Translations under genes and position numbers: made by a program
Notes under the pieces: generated by a model
The model's database searches: none
Told to the model about the DNA's origin: nothing
The model's input: the letters and a program-made list of their open reading frames with translations, nothing else
Shown: one piece after another, positions 49,754 to 58,912 of the stretch
Layout: the number at the start of each line of letters is the position of its first letter
Numbering within the stretch: the stretch's first letter is position 1
DNA from: Candidatus Omnitrophota bacterium
GTDB taxonomy: Bacteria > Omnitrophota > Gorgyraeia > Zapsychrales > JAHFFX01
Reading direction: 5' to 3'
Assembly: GCA_023247705.1 (NCBI GenBank)
Contig: JAHFFY010000006.1
Span: 6,623-70,622 of the forward strand
DNA: 64,000 nucleotides

Positions 49754-50944
49754 ATGGACGTTACGAGTCAGCACCCGAATTATCAAAACCTTCTCGAAAA
49801 CATTGTAGCCTCGGCCAAAGAAAAAGATTACGCCGGTTATGGCAAGTTTGACGCGTTGAACAGTCCTGTTCTCGAAGTCATGTCTTTGAATGATCCGTGG
49901 TTGCGGTTGATCTTGATTCAGCTCGTCAAGGAATGCCCGTTTCATGTCCGTCCGTTTTTGGGGGTGCGGATTTCGCGTAATCCGAAAGGCATTGCGCTGT
50001 TCGCGCGCACGTATTTGTTTTTGTATCAATTGACGCAAAAAAAAGAATTCCTGACAGAGGCGCGCAATCTTTTGGACTGGCTTCTCGCCAATCCTTCGCC
50101 GGATCAGGACCATCTGTGCTGGGGATACAATTTTATCTGGCAGGACATTCCTCCGTTTTTGCAGAACCGTCATGAGCCCAACTGCATCGTGACGATCTTC
50201 GCCGGTGAGGCGTTTGTTCACGCGTATCGGGTGACACGGGAGGATCAATATTTAAAGACCGCGCGTAACATCGCGGATTTTATTCTTAGAGATTTACCGG
50301 TTTTATATGAAAATAGAGAAGAGCGGGGCATTGGTTATATTTTAGGCCCAGCCGCCTCGATCGTTTTGAACAGCCAGGTTTTATCCGGCGCTTTGTTGAC
50401 CAAGATCGGGAAACATACCGGCGAAAAAGAATTAATCCAGGACGCGGTCAAACAGTTAAATTATACCTTTAACCGCCGGACGGAATACGGCGCCTGGTAT
50501 TACACCGATCCCCCGGGAAAATCCCCGATCCGCCATGACAATTATCATACCGGAGGGATCCTGGATGGTTTTCTTGAATTTTTTGAAGAGACAAAAGACG
50601 ACCGGTATCAGAATGGGTATTGGCAGGGCCTGGATTATTATCAACGTCATTTGTTTGAAAAAGACGGAGCACCGCGCTGGATGAGCGACCGACGTTATCC
50701 CTACGATGTCCATGGGGCGGCACAGGGAATTATCTCGTTTACCAAGGCGGGCCGTTATAAAAAAGAATACCGTCCGCAGGCCAGGATGATCCTGGATTGG
50801 ACGATTCAATATTTGTATCGAAAGAAAACGCGGGATTTTATTTACCGGCAGGGGCGATTTATGAAATGGAATTATTCTCTGATGCGCTGGTGCAACGCCT
50901 GGATGGCCCGGGCGCTGGCGGAATTTTGTATTGTGGTAGAATGA
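49754..50944 (+). CDS. Hypothetical protein, possibly an alpha/alpha-toroid polysaccharide-modifying enzyme
   Basis: ORF with a GGGGAGAAAAG SD. No confident family assignment. Rich in W/Y residues. Confidence 0.35.
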   Translation: MDVTSQHPNYQNLLENIVASAKEKDYAGYGKFDALNSPVLEVMSLNDPWLRLILIQLVKECPFHVRPFLGVRISRNPKGIALFARTYLFLYQLTQKKEFLTEARNLLDWLLANPSPDQDHLCWGYNFIWQDIPPFLQNRHEPNCIVTIFAGEAFVHAYRVTREDQYLKTARNIADFILRDLPVLYENREERGIGYILGPAASIVLNSQVLSGALLTKIGKHTGEKELIQDAVKQLNYTFNRRTEYGAWYYTDPPGKSPIRHDNYHTGGILDGFLEFFEETKDDRYQNGYWQGLDYYQRHLFEKDGAPRWMSDRRYPYDVHGAAQGIISFTKAGRYKKEYRPQARMILDWTIQYLYRKKTRDFIYRQGRFMKWNYSLMRWCNAWMARALAEFCIVVE

Positions 50945-50995
50945 GGGGTTTTCGAATATTGCGTCATTGACGAGCGATATTAAAAAGAGGTCTTT

Positions 50996-51766
50996 ATGTT
51001 CATCGGTCGGGAATTGTGTTTGGATGAATCGTTGTCAAAACTGGAACGGGCGTATATCTGGCTTTTGGGCGTGCCGATCAACGGGTTACGCATCCGGGCA
51101 CGGCGTATCCTGCCGCATATTTCCGGAAAATATAAATCCATCCTGGACGCGGGTTGCGGCCCCGGCGTATTTTCTTTTACCCTTGCCAAGTTCTTGCCTC
51201 AAAGCGCGATCACCGGCATTGATGTTGATCAGAATTTACTGGAACGAAATAAAACCATCGCCCAAAAAAGCAAATTGCGGAATTGTTCGTTTATATATCA
51301 AGACATTAATATGATGTCGTTCAAGGAACAATATGATCTGGTTTTATGCGTGGACAACCTGGAACATATTGAAGATGATCAGAACGCTTTAAAAAATTTC
51401 TATAATGCCCTACAATACGGAGGTGATTTGATCCTGCATGTGCCGGCCTATTACCGGCGTTGGCTTTTTTTCAGATGGGCGGTCAATTTTGATGTCGATG
51501 GCCATTTCCGGCCCGGCTACACCAAAGAAGCGCTCGAAGAAAAGATAAAATTAGCTGGTTTTACCGTTAAAGAGCTTTATTATACTTATGGGTGGCTGGA
51601 GACCGTCACCAATAATATTTCTTATTTAATTACCGGAGCAAGGATGAGAAGAAAGCATTTGTATGCTTTTGTTTTTCCTGTCCTGAATATTATTTCTTTT
51701 TTGGGAAGAAATTCGAAACCTAAACGTGGTGCTGGAGTATTGGTGTTGGCAAGAAAGGAGTCCTAA
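50996..51766 (+). CDS. Class I SAM-dependent methyltransferase
   Basis: Motif I ILDAGCGPGVFS and a post-I acidic residue. Confidence 0.8.
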   Translation: MFIGRELCLDESLSKLERAYIWLLGVPINGLRIRARRILPHISGKYKSILDAGCGPGVFSFTLAKFLPQSAITGIDVDQNLLERNKTIAQKSKLRNCSFIYQDINMMSFKEQYDLVLCVDNLEHIEDDQNALKNFYNALQYGGDLILHVPAYYRRWLFFRWAVNFDVDGHFRPGYTKEALEEKIKLAGFTVKELYYTYGWLETVTNNISYLITGARMRRKHLYAFVFPVLNIISFLGRNSKPKRGAGVLVLARKES

Positions 51767-53295
51767 TGGAAACGTTAACGCTTCCTTTGGTGCAGGAACA
51801 ACCGGTTCAAACGAAAGAAATCAAGATTAAAGAGGTTGTTTTAGTTGCGCCTGGAAATCCCCGCATACAATTTGGTGCGATCATTAATCTTCCCTTAGCG
51901 TTGTTGTGTCTGGCCGGCTGGCTGCGCCGCGATGAACGGTTTAAAGATAAAATTCGTATTCTGGATATGAATATCCAGAAGATAACGGAGGCGGATTTTA
52001 AAGATGTTGCGCTGATTGGTCTCACCGCGATCACCGGACACGATATCGAATTTGCCCTGCAGGCCGCGCGCATGGCCAAGACCGTCAACCCCAAGGTCAT
52101 CGTCGTTTGGGGAGGAATTCATGCCTCGTTGATGCCGGAACAAACCATCGCCCATGAGCTCGTGGATGTGGTGGCGATCGGTGAAGGCGAAGAAACTTTC
52201 CGGGAACTGGTGGAATCGGTGATGGAGGAAAAAGATCTGGCCGGCATCCCGGGCACCTGGGTCAAAAAGGACGGAAATATCGTGAAGGGCCCGGCGCGTC
52301 CGATCGTTGATATGAACACCCTGCCTTTGCCCGCCTATGATTTGGTGAATGTCGGTCATTATCATAATATCCAGCGTCAATTCAATTATCAATCTTCGCG
52401 CGGCTGTCCTTACCGTTGCGCTTTTTGTTATAACGTGGTTTTTACCGCCCGCAAATGGCGCAGCAAGAGCGCTCCCAAAATTATTCAGGAATTAAGATAT
52501 CTCCACGAAACCTACGGCGTCATGAATTATATTATGGACGACGATGAATTTTTGATTAACATTAAAAGAGCCCAGGAAGTGTTTCAGGGTATTATCGACA
52601 ATCATCTTAATTTTACGATGACGATTTCCTGCCGCCTGGATATGGTGCAAAGGATTCCTGAGGAAATGCTGCATACGATGAAAAAAGCCGGGGTCAAGCA
52701 GATTTTTTTCGGGGCCGAATCCGGGTCCGAGACCATCTTAAAAGATATTTTAAAAGACCTGAAAACCGAAGACATCCTCAAAGGCGCAAACCGCGTGTGC
52801 AAGATCGGCATTCGGCCGGTTTTGAGTTTTATGAGCGGTTTTCCAACGGAAACGTTTGACGATTTCAAGCAGACGCTGGAAATCATTGAAAAATTATGGC
52901 AGGGGCACCCGTTGATCACGGTCAACGGGATTTTTCCATTTAATCCTTATCCGGGGACCGAGTTATATCACGCGGCGATTAAGGCAGGCTTTAAGGCCCC
53001 GAAAACTTTAGAAGAATGGGGCAAATGGGAATTCCAATATGACCCAGACCATCCTTGGCTCGACAAGAAAAAGAGACGCTGGATGCAGATCGCTTTTTAT
53101 ATCGTCCGGTTTAAATATTATCTCAAACGCTTGGAAGACCGTTATGATAATGACCTGAAAGTCAGGATGCTGAAGGTTTTGGTTTCACCGCTTTTACTTT
53201 CCGCTAAAATCCGCTGGAACCAAAAATGGTTCGCCGCGGCCTGGGAATGGGACCTGTTTGCCTTCATAGTGCGCAAGACCTTCCGTTATTTATAG
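51766..53295 (+). CDS. B12-binding domain radical SAM protein
   Basis: SRGCPYRCAFCYN (CxxxCxxC) after an N-terminal B12-binding-like domain. Confidence 0.8.
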   Translation: METLTLPLVQEQPVQTKEIKIKEVVLVAPGNPRIQFGAIINLPLALLCLAGWLRRDERFKDKIRILDMNIQKITEADFKDVALIGLTAITGHDIEFALQAARMAKTVNPKVIVVWGGIHASLMPEQTIAHELVDVVAIGEGEETFRELVESVMEEKDLAGIPGTWVKKDGNIVKGPARPIVDMNTLPLPAYDLVNVGHYHNIQRQFNYQSSRGCPYRCAFCYNVVFTARKWRSKSAPKIIQELRYLHETYGVMNYIMDDDEFLINIKRAQEVFQGIIDNHLNFTMTISCRLDMVQRIPEEMLHTMKKAGVKQIFFGAESGSETILKDILKDLKTEDILKGANRVCKIGIRPVLSFMSGFPTETFDDFKQTLEIIEKLWQGHPLITVNGIFPFNPYPGTELYHAAIKAGFKAPKTLEEWGKWEFQYDPDHPWLDKKKRRWMQIAFYIVRFKYYLKRLEDRYDNDLKVRMLKVLVSPLLLSAKIRWNQKWFAAAWEWDLFAFIVRKTFRYL

Positions 53296-53305
53296 TCTAG
53301 AGGGA

Positions 53306-53956
53306 TTGGCGTTGAACGAGCATCCATGGAAAATCCTGAATCAGCGCGTTAAAGAAGAACCTTACCACGTCGTTCCGGGGGTTCTTTCTTTGTTAAACGG
53401 CTATTGGCATAAGTTAAAATTTTTTTTATCAGGCAAAAGGGTCAAGATCGGAAAATGCTTTCGGGTCTACGGAAAATTCAGAGTCATCGGGCCGGGGCAA
53501 GTCGAGATCGGCGATCATTGTTTGTTTGAATGTTCGATTTTAGGGCCGGCGGTTTTTTATACTGAGTTTCCTGATGCGGTGATCCGTTTAGGGGACCATG
53601 TGACATTAAATGGCCTGGTCATGCAATGTTATCAAAATATTGCGATCGGTGATTATTGTTCTCTGGCCGACGCATTTATTACCGATTCGCAGAATCATCA
53701 TTTGTCCGCCGATCGGCGGTTTTTATCCAATCGCACGATCCCCAAGGCCCCGGTGGTGTTAAGCCGGAATATTTGGGTCTGCTCCAAGGTCGTTATTTTA
53801 CCCGGGGTATTGATCGGTGAGAACAGTGTGATCGGGGCTTGTTCTTTAGTTCGCAGCGATGTCGCGGCGAATAGTTTTTATTCCGGAAATCCAGCGCGCT
53901 TTATTCAAAAGATTCCGCCATCCAATCATGAAAAGTTTAAACCAGCAAAGTCTTAG
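53306..53956 (+). CDS. Hexapeptide-repeat (left-handed beta-helix) acetyl/acyltransferase
   Basis: Repeated [LIV]-G-x-x-x-x hexads, for example IGDHCLF, LGDHVTLNG, IGDYCSL, IGENSVIGA. Confidence 0.65.
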   Translation: MALNEHPWKILNQRVKEEPYHVVPGVLSLLNGYWHKLKFFLSGKRVKIGKCFRVYGKFRVIGPGQVEIGDHCLFECSILGPAVFYTEFPDAVIRLGDHVTLNGLVMQCYQNIAIGDYCSLADAFITDSQNHHLSADRRFLSNRTIPKAPVVLSRNIWVCSKVVILPGVLIGENSVIGACSLVRSDVAANSFYSGNPARFIQKIPPSNHEKFKPAKS

Positions 53957-54959
53957 TCCCTCAACAAATTCCTTTTTATCGGTTGATCCTTTGATCCGGA
54001 AAAAAGTTTTTTTTCTTCTGCGTTTGAGCGTGACGCTGGTTTTAATCCTCTTTCTGTTATCTTCCGTCGGATTCAATGCATTTTGGAAGACGATGACGCT
54101 CATAACGCCTTTTTGGGGAATCTTGGCTGTCATTGCTTCTGTTGTGCTTTTTTTTCTCTCGAGCATCAATATTTGGATATTATTAAAAGGATTACGGCCG
54201 TTGGCCTATCAGAAATTTTTTCGGCACTATCTTTACGGTTTTATTGTGACGTTGGTGGCACCCGGGCAAATGGGGGACGCTTCGTTGACGTTATTTCTGA
54301 AGAAAGAAGGGATCCCAATCCGGCAAAGCAGTGTCGTTTATATTTTGGATAAAAGTATGACATTTTTGATCTTCATGTCGGTGAGCGCGTGGGGGGCGGG
54401 GCTTTTATTTGAACCATTGCGCGGGATCCGTTGGCTGGTCATGGTGCCATTGGCGGGATTTGTTCTTTTTTGGACGATGGCGTATTGTTCGTTGAGTTTT
54501 TTTGCGAGATTAAATATTTTTAAGAAAATGGACCAATGGCTGGAAGGCGCGAAAGATACACTCGATATCTTGAAGACACGCTGGGACATTTTGGCGGTCA
54601 ACTTCATCCTGGCCTGGGTGAAATGGGGTGTGCTGAGCCTTTGTTATTTTTTCGCTTTCCTGGCGTTTCAAAAATGGGTCGATTGGCCGGCGATCGGTAT
54701 TATTCCTATTTTATCGTCGTTGGCGGGATATATTCCAATCTCTTTAAGCGGGATCGGCATCACGGAAATGGCGGCGGTTTATCTATTCTCTTTACAGGGG
54801 GTGGAAAAATCTGTCGTGTTAAGCGCGTATATTTTCCTGCGATTGATCCAGTTTGCGATGGCGGGGATTGTTTTATTGTTTTTCGAAAAGAGTAATTCTT
54901 TTGAAAAAGAATCCATTCTGAATGAACCTGCAGTCTTGGCGGATGGCGAATCAAGATGA
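53928..54959 (+). CDS. Flippase-like/MprF transmembrane-domain (UPF0104) protein
   Basis: 8 TM helices. The start was chosen at the MKSLNQQ ATG to limit overlap with the preceding gene. Confidence 0.45.
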   Translation: MKSLNQQSLSPSTNSFLSVDPLIRKKVFFLLRLSVTLVLILFLLSSVGFNAFWKTMTLITPFWGILAVIASVVLFFLSSINIWILLKGLRPLAYQKFFRHYLYGFIVTLVAPGQMGDASLTLFLKKEGIPIRQSSVVYILDKSMTFLIFMSVSAWGAGLLFEPLRGIRWLVMVPLAGFVLFWTMAYCSLSFFARLNIFKKMDQWLEGAKDTLDILKTRWDILAVNFILAWVKWGVLSLCYFFAFLAFQKWVDWPAIGIIPILSSLAGYIPISLSGIGITEMAAVYLFSLQGVEKSVVLSAYIFLRLIQFAMAGIVLLFFEKSNSFEKESILNEPAVLADGESR

Positions 54960-56938
54960 ATCGAGAACGAAATAATTCCTCCGGACCGATTGACACCGAA
55001 CATACAATCGACCTTGAGCTGATGAAGCAGGCTCTTTTGATCCGCTGCGTTGAAAATCGGCTTTTGGAATTGTTTTCGCAGGGAAAGTTGAATGGCACAA
55101 TACATACTTGCGTTGGTCAGGAGTTTGTCGGGCTGGCGTTTGCCGGTCAGGCCGACGCCCGCGATATTATTTTCTCGAACCACCGCTGCCACGGGCATTA
55201 TCTGAGTTTCACCAAAGATGTCGACGGTCTGGTGGCGGAGTTGATGGGGAAATCCACCGGCGTTTGCGCTGGGATCGGAGGCAGCCAGCATCTTTGTAAA
55301 AATAATTTTTATTCAAACGGGATCCAGGGGGGAATCGTTCCGGTGTGCGCCGGGATGACGTTGGCACAAAAGCTGAATCGCACTGGTCAGATTGGCATGG
55401 TTTTTTTAGGCGATGGGATGTTGGGCGAAGGAATTGTGTATGAGACGATGAATATTGTGGCCAAGTGGGACATTCCGCTTTTATTTGTTTGCGAAAATAA
55501 TTATTATGCCCAATCGACGCCTCAGGATATTAATTTTGCCGGAGATATTTTAAGACGGGCCGGGGCGTTCGGGATCAAAACCTGTACGAGTCATATTTGG
55601 ACCACGGGCGGTTTATTCGAACAAGCGCGCGAATCGATCGCGTATGTGCGCCGGGAGCGCAAACCGCTTTTTCATTGTGTCGAAGCGTATCGTCTCAATC
55701 CCCATTCCAAGGGCGATGACGACCGCGACCCGCAGGAGATCGAACGATATCGAAAAAAAGATCCGCTGAATATTTTTTCCCAGGAAAATCCTGCGCTTTA
55801 TCAGGAGTATTTAAAAGAGATCAATCTTCAAATCGATTCGGCCATTGCGCGCGCGGACCACGCGCAAGCATTGACGCTTGATCAATATTGCGATCATCCC
55901 ACCAGATTAACACCGGCGACAACCTGGCAGGCGGTTGAGACCGTGGATGTCAGGCAAGTGGATTTGATTAACGGATTTTTCAAAACAAAGATGAAGGAAG
56001 ATCCGAAGATTTTGTTTATCGGTGAGGACGTACTTTCTCCTTACGGAGGCGCCTTCAAGGTCGCGCGGGATTTGTCGCAGCTTTTCCCCCGTCAGGTTTT
56101 TTCGACACCGATCAGTGAAGCGGCGATCACGGGATTGGCCAATGGGCTTGCCCTCGGAGGATTTAGGCCGTTTTTGGAAATTATGTTCGGTGATTTTGTC
56201 ACATTGTGTATGGACCAGCTTCTTAATCACGCGTCGAAATTTTATCACATGTACAATAAGCAGGTGAAATGTCCATTGGTCATCCGGCTTCCAATGGGAG
56301 GCCGCCGCGGTTACGGGCCCACTCATTCCCAGACGCTGGATAAATTGGTGCTGGGGTTGCCGAATATCAAGACCGTTGCGTTAAACACGCTGATCAATCC
56401 GCAATCGATTTATGAGACGATTTTAGATGAGGAAGAACATCCGGTCATTGTGATCGAGAATAAACTGGACTACGGACGCAAGATCGCCGCCAAGAGAATC
56501 GCGAATTATGTTTATGAAGAAACCGACGGCGATTATCCGGTGGTCCGCATCCGGCCGGTGTCTTCTTTTCCGACCGCGACGATTGTGTGTTACGGCGGGA
56601 TGGTGGAGATCGTGCTGGAGACGATCGATCTTGTGTTCGAAGAACTGGATTTAAAACCGGAGCTCTTGGTTCTCTCCCAAATTTCTCCAATTGATGTGCG
56701 AGAAATCATCGCGTCAGTTGAAAAAACAAAACGGTTATACGTCATTGAGGAAGGTGTCATGGCCGGCGGTATAGGCAGCGAGATCATCGCCGGCGTTACG
56801 GAAATGATGAATGAAAAAATCGTCGCCCGGAGAATCGCCGCGTTGCCGGTTCCGATTCCTTCGGCCAAATCACTGGAGAGCCAAATCCTTCCGACACAAC
56901 AATCTATTTTAAAGGCGATCGCGCAATCACTACAATGA
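54956..56938 (+). CDS. Fused E1 alpha/beta component of a TPP-dependent 2-oxoacid (pyruvate/acetoin-type) dehydrogenase
   Basis: N-terminal half is E1-alpha, with a TPP motif (GDG..N region, LFVCENNYYA). C-terminal half is E1-beta (KILFIGEDVLSPYGGAFKV, transketolase-like C-terminus). Confidence 0.8.
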   Translation: MNRERNNSSGPIDTEHTIDLELMKQALLIRCVENRLLELFSQGKLNGTIHTCVGQEFVGLAFAGQADARDIIFSNHRCHGHYLSFTKDVDGLVAELMGKSTGVCAGIGGSQHLCKNNFYSNGIQGGIVPVCAGMTLAQKLNRTGQIGMVFLGDGMLGEGIVYETMNIVAKWDIPLLFVCENNYYAQSTPQDINFAGDILRRAGAFGIKTCTSHIWTTGGLFEQARESIAYVRRERKPLFHCVEAYRLNPHSKGDDDRDPQEIERYRKKDPLNIFSQENPALYQEYLKEINLQIDSAIARADHAQALTLDQYCDHPTRLTPATTWQAVETVDVRQVDLINGFFKTKMKEDPKILFIGEDVLSPYGGAFKVARDLSQLFPRQVFSTPISEAAITGLANGLALGGFRPFLEIMFGDFVTLCMDQLLNHASKFYHMYNKQVKCPLVIRLPMGGRRGYGPTHSQTLDKLVLGLPNIKTVALNTLINPQSIYETILDEEEHPVIVIENKLDYGRKIAAKRIANYVYEETDGDYPVVRIRPVSSFPTATIVCYGGMVEIVLETIDLVFEELDLKPELLVLSQISPIDVREIIASVEKTKRLYVIEEGVMAGGIGSEIIAGVTEMMNEKIVARRIAALPVPIPSAKSLESQILPTQQSILKAIAQSLQ

Positions 56939-58257
56939 ACCAATTCGAAGACATCAAAATCCCTCAAGAGAACCTCAACGACGAATTCGTTAAGATCGTA
57001 GATTTTTTTTGTGCAGATGAGTCGCCGGTGAAAACAGACGATAAGCTATTGGCCATCGAAACTTCCAAGGCGACGGTAAATTTATACGCCGTTACTTCTG
57101 GATTTGTGAAATATCTGTGCCGCGAAGGAGAGGAGGTTAAGGTCGGCGCGACGATCGCCAAGATCTATAAAGATTTGGCTGCCTTAAGAAATGATTCTGG
57201 AAAAAGTAGTCTTAATGTTTTACCAGCTGCCCGTTCCCAATTATCCGCCAAGTTCTCGAAGGCTGCGCTGAATTTTATTTCAAAGTATGCGATCAATGAA
57301 CTTGTTTTTGAACACAAGGATTTTGTGACGTTGGATGATGTCCGGGCGTATTGGAACAAATCGAGAGATATTCCAGTCGATCGAGCGCAAGACGATTTGG
57401 GGTCCGCAAATTCAGCGGTCAACGGCGTTGAGTATAAAGAAATTCCACCGAGCAAAAGAAAAGAGATCGAAATTCTTTCGGATGTCCAGCAGTCAGGATT
57501 GACCAGCACGGTCAGTGTTCTGGTTGATACTTTCTCGATCGGCGAGAGGATGAAATCTTTGAGAATTTTCAAAGATTCTTTGTTGCCGTGGATTATTTGT
57601 GAAATCTACGATCTGATCGCGCAATATCCGGAGTTTAATGCGTTTTATCAGGACCAGCGTGTCGGGTATTACAAGGCAATTCATCTTGGCTTGGCCGTGA
57701 ATATCAACGATGGACTGAAGCTTTTACGATTACCCGATTTGAGCAAGCAGCAAATTAAAAATGTGGAAGAGGCGGTCTTTTCGCTGATCAATAAATATCT
57801 GGATAAAGCCCTTTCGCTGGAAAATTTAAGTCAAACCACATTCACGTTGACCGATCTTTCTTCGTCGGGGGTGGATTTTTTTATTCCTTTGGTTGCGCAA
57901 AGACAATCTGCGATCCTTGGTATTGGGAAAGTTGATCGCTTGACCCAGCAATGCCGGCTGACGCTTTGTTTTGATCACCGGGTCGCGGATGGAAAAGCGG
58001 CTGCGGATTTTTTAAGCGATTTAAAAGCGCGCATCGAAAAGGCGGTGCCGCAACGAGCTCATGAGGCCCGCAGCGTTCTAGCCCAAGGATTTCTCGCGCG
58101 GTCCGCAAAGAAACAGAATGCTCCTTCGCCGATGTGCTTTCGCTGTTTCAAAACGTTAAGTGAAGATCAGGAACACCAGGGTGTCGGTTTCCTCAAGGTG
58201 CTGGCGCATGACGGGCAGGAACGGTGGATTTGTATAACTTGTTTACAGGGATATTAG
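56935..58257 (+). CDS. E2-like acyltransferase: lipoyl/biotinyl-like N-domain, 2-oxoacid dehydrogenase catalytic domain, C-terminal Cys4 ribbon
   Basis: Lipoyl-like LAIETSKATVNL. Catalytic FDHRVADGKAAADFL (DHRxxDG). Terminal CFRCF..CITC. Confidence 0.7.
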   Translation: MNQFEDIKIPQENLNDEFVKIVDFFCADESPVKTDDKLLAIETSKATVNLYAVTSGFVKYLCREGEEVKVGATIAKIYKDLAALRNDSGKSSLNVLPAARSQLSAKFSKAALNFISKYAINELVFEHKDFVTLDDVRAYWNKSRDIPVDRAQDDLGSANSAVNGVEYKEIPPSKRKEIEILSDVQQSGLTSTVSVLVDTFSIGERMKSLRIFKDSLLPWIICEIYDLIAQYPEFNAFYQDQRVGYYKAIHLGLAVNINDGLKLLRLPDLSKQQIKNVEEAVFSLINKYLDKALSLENLSQTTFTLTDLSSSGVDFFIPLVAQRQSAILGIGKVDRLTQQCRLTLCFDHRVADGKAAADFLSDLKARIEKAVPQRAHEARSVLAQGFLARSAKKQNAPSPMCFRCFKTLSEDQEHQGVGFLKVLAHDGQERWICITCLQGY

Positions 58258-58267
58258 TCTAAAAATA

Positions 58268-58912
58268 ATGGATAAGACTCAGAAAATCAAAGAGATCGTG
58301 GCGACATTCTTGAAGACGACTTCGGAGCGTGTCGCTGAAGATACGATCATTGATAACACAACGATCGTCGGATCGATCTGGATCCATCGCATGTATGCTG
58401 TCTTGGCCAGGGATCTTAATGTTGATATCCAGGATTATCAGCGGATTAAAACGTTCGGTGAACTGGTGCATCGTTTGAACGGCGGGCCTGAAGCAATTAA
58501 ACAAGAATCGTGCAAGGAGGAGCTAGATTTTTCCGGATTATTATCGTCGCAAGGAAGTGATCCGGTGAACACCAGTCAACCGATCCAGGCCGGGATTGAC
58601 ATGGAAGACATCGACCATCTGCCTACCGTGAAAGATTTCAGAAAAGATCCGTTCTACGTCAGGAATTTTAGCGCGAAGGAGATCGAATATTGTCTGGCCC
58701 AACCGAACCCTTTGCAGAGTTTCGCCGGGCTCTTTGCCGCCAAAGAAGCGATTATCAAAGCGGATAATGTTTATAAAAAAGTTCCATTCCACCAACTGGA
58801 AATTGTTCACGATCAAAACGGTAAACCGTCCTTTGCCGATTTTTCTATCTCTATCTCACATAGTCGTCATCAGGTGGTTGCGTTGGCGATCCGATTAAAT
58901 CTCACTATTTGA
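58268..58912 (+). CDS. Fusion of an acyl-carrier-protein-like domain with holo-ACP synthase (AcpS-type 4'-phosphopantetheinyl transferase)
   Basis: The C-terminus has AcpS motifs (GIDMEDI, FAAKEAIIKA, ISISHS). The N-terminal ~75 aa form an ACP-like helical bundle with a candidate Ser in VGSI. Confidence 0.6.
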   Translation: MDKTQKIKEIVATFLKTTSERVAEDTIIDNTTIVGSIWIHRMYAVLARDLNVDIQDYQRIKTFGELVHRLNGGPEAIKQESCKEELDFSGLLSSQGSDPVNTSQPIQAGIDMEDIDHLPTVKDFRKDPFYVRNFSAKEIEYCLAQPNPLQSFAGLFAAKEAIIKADNVYKKVPFHQLEIVHDQNGKPSFADFSISISHSRHQVVALAIRLNLTI

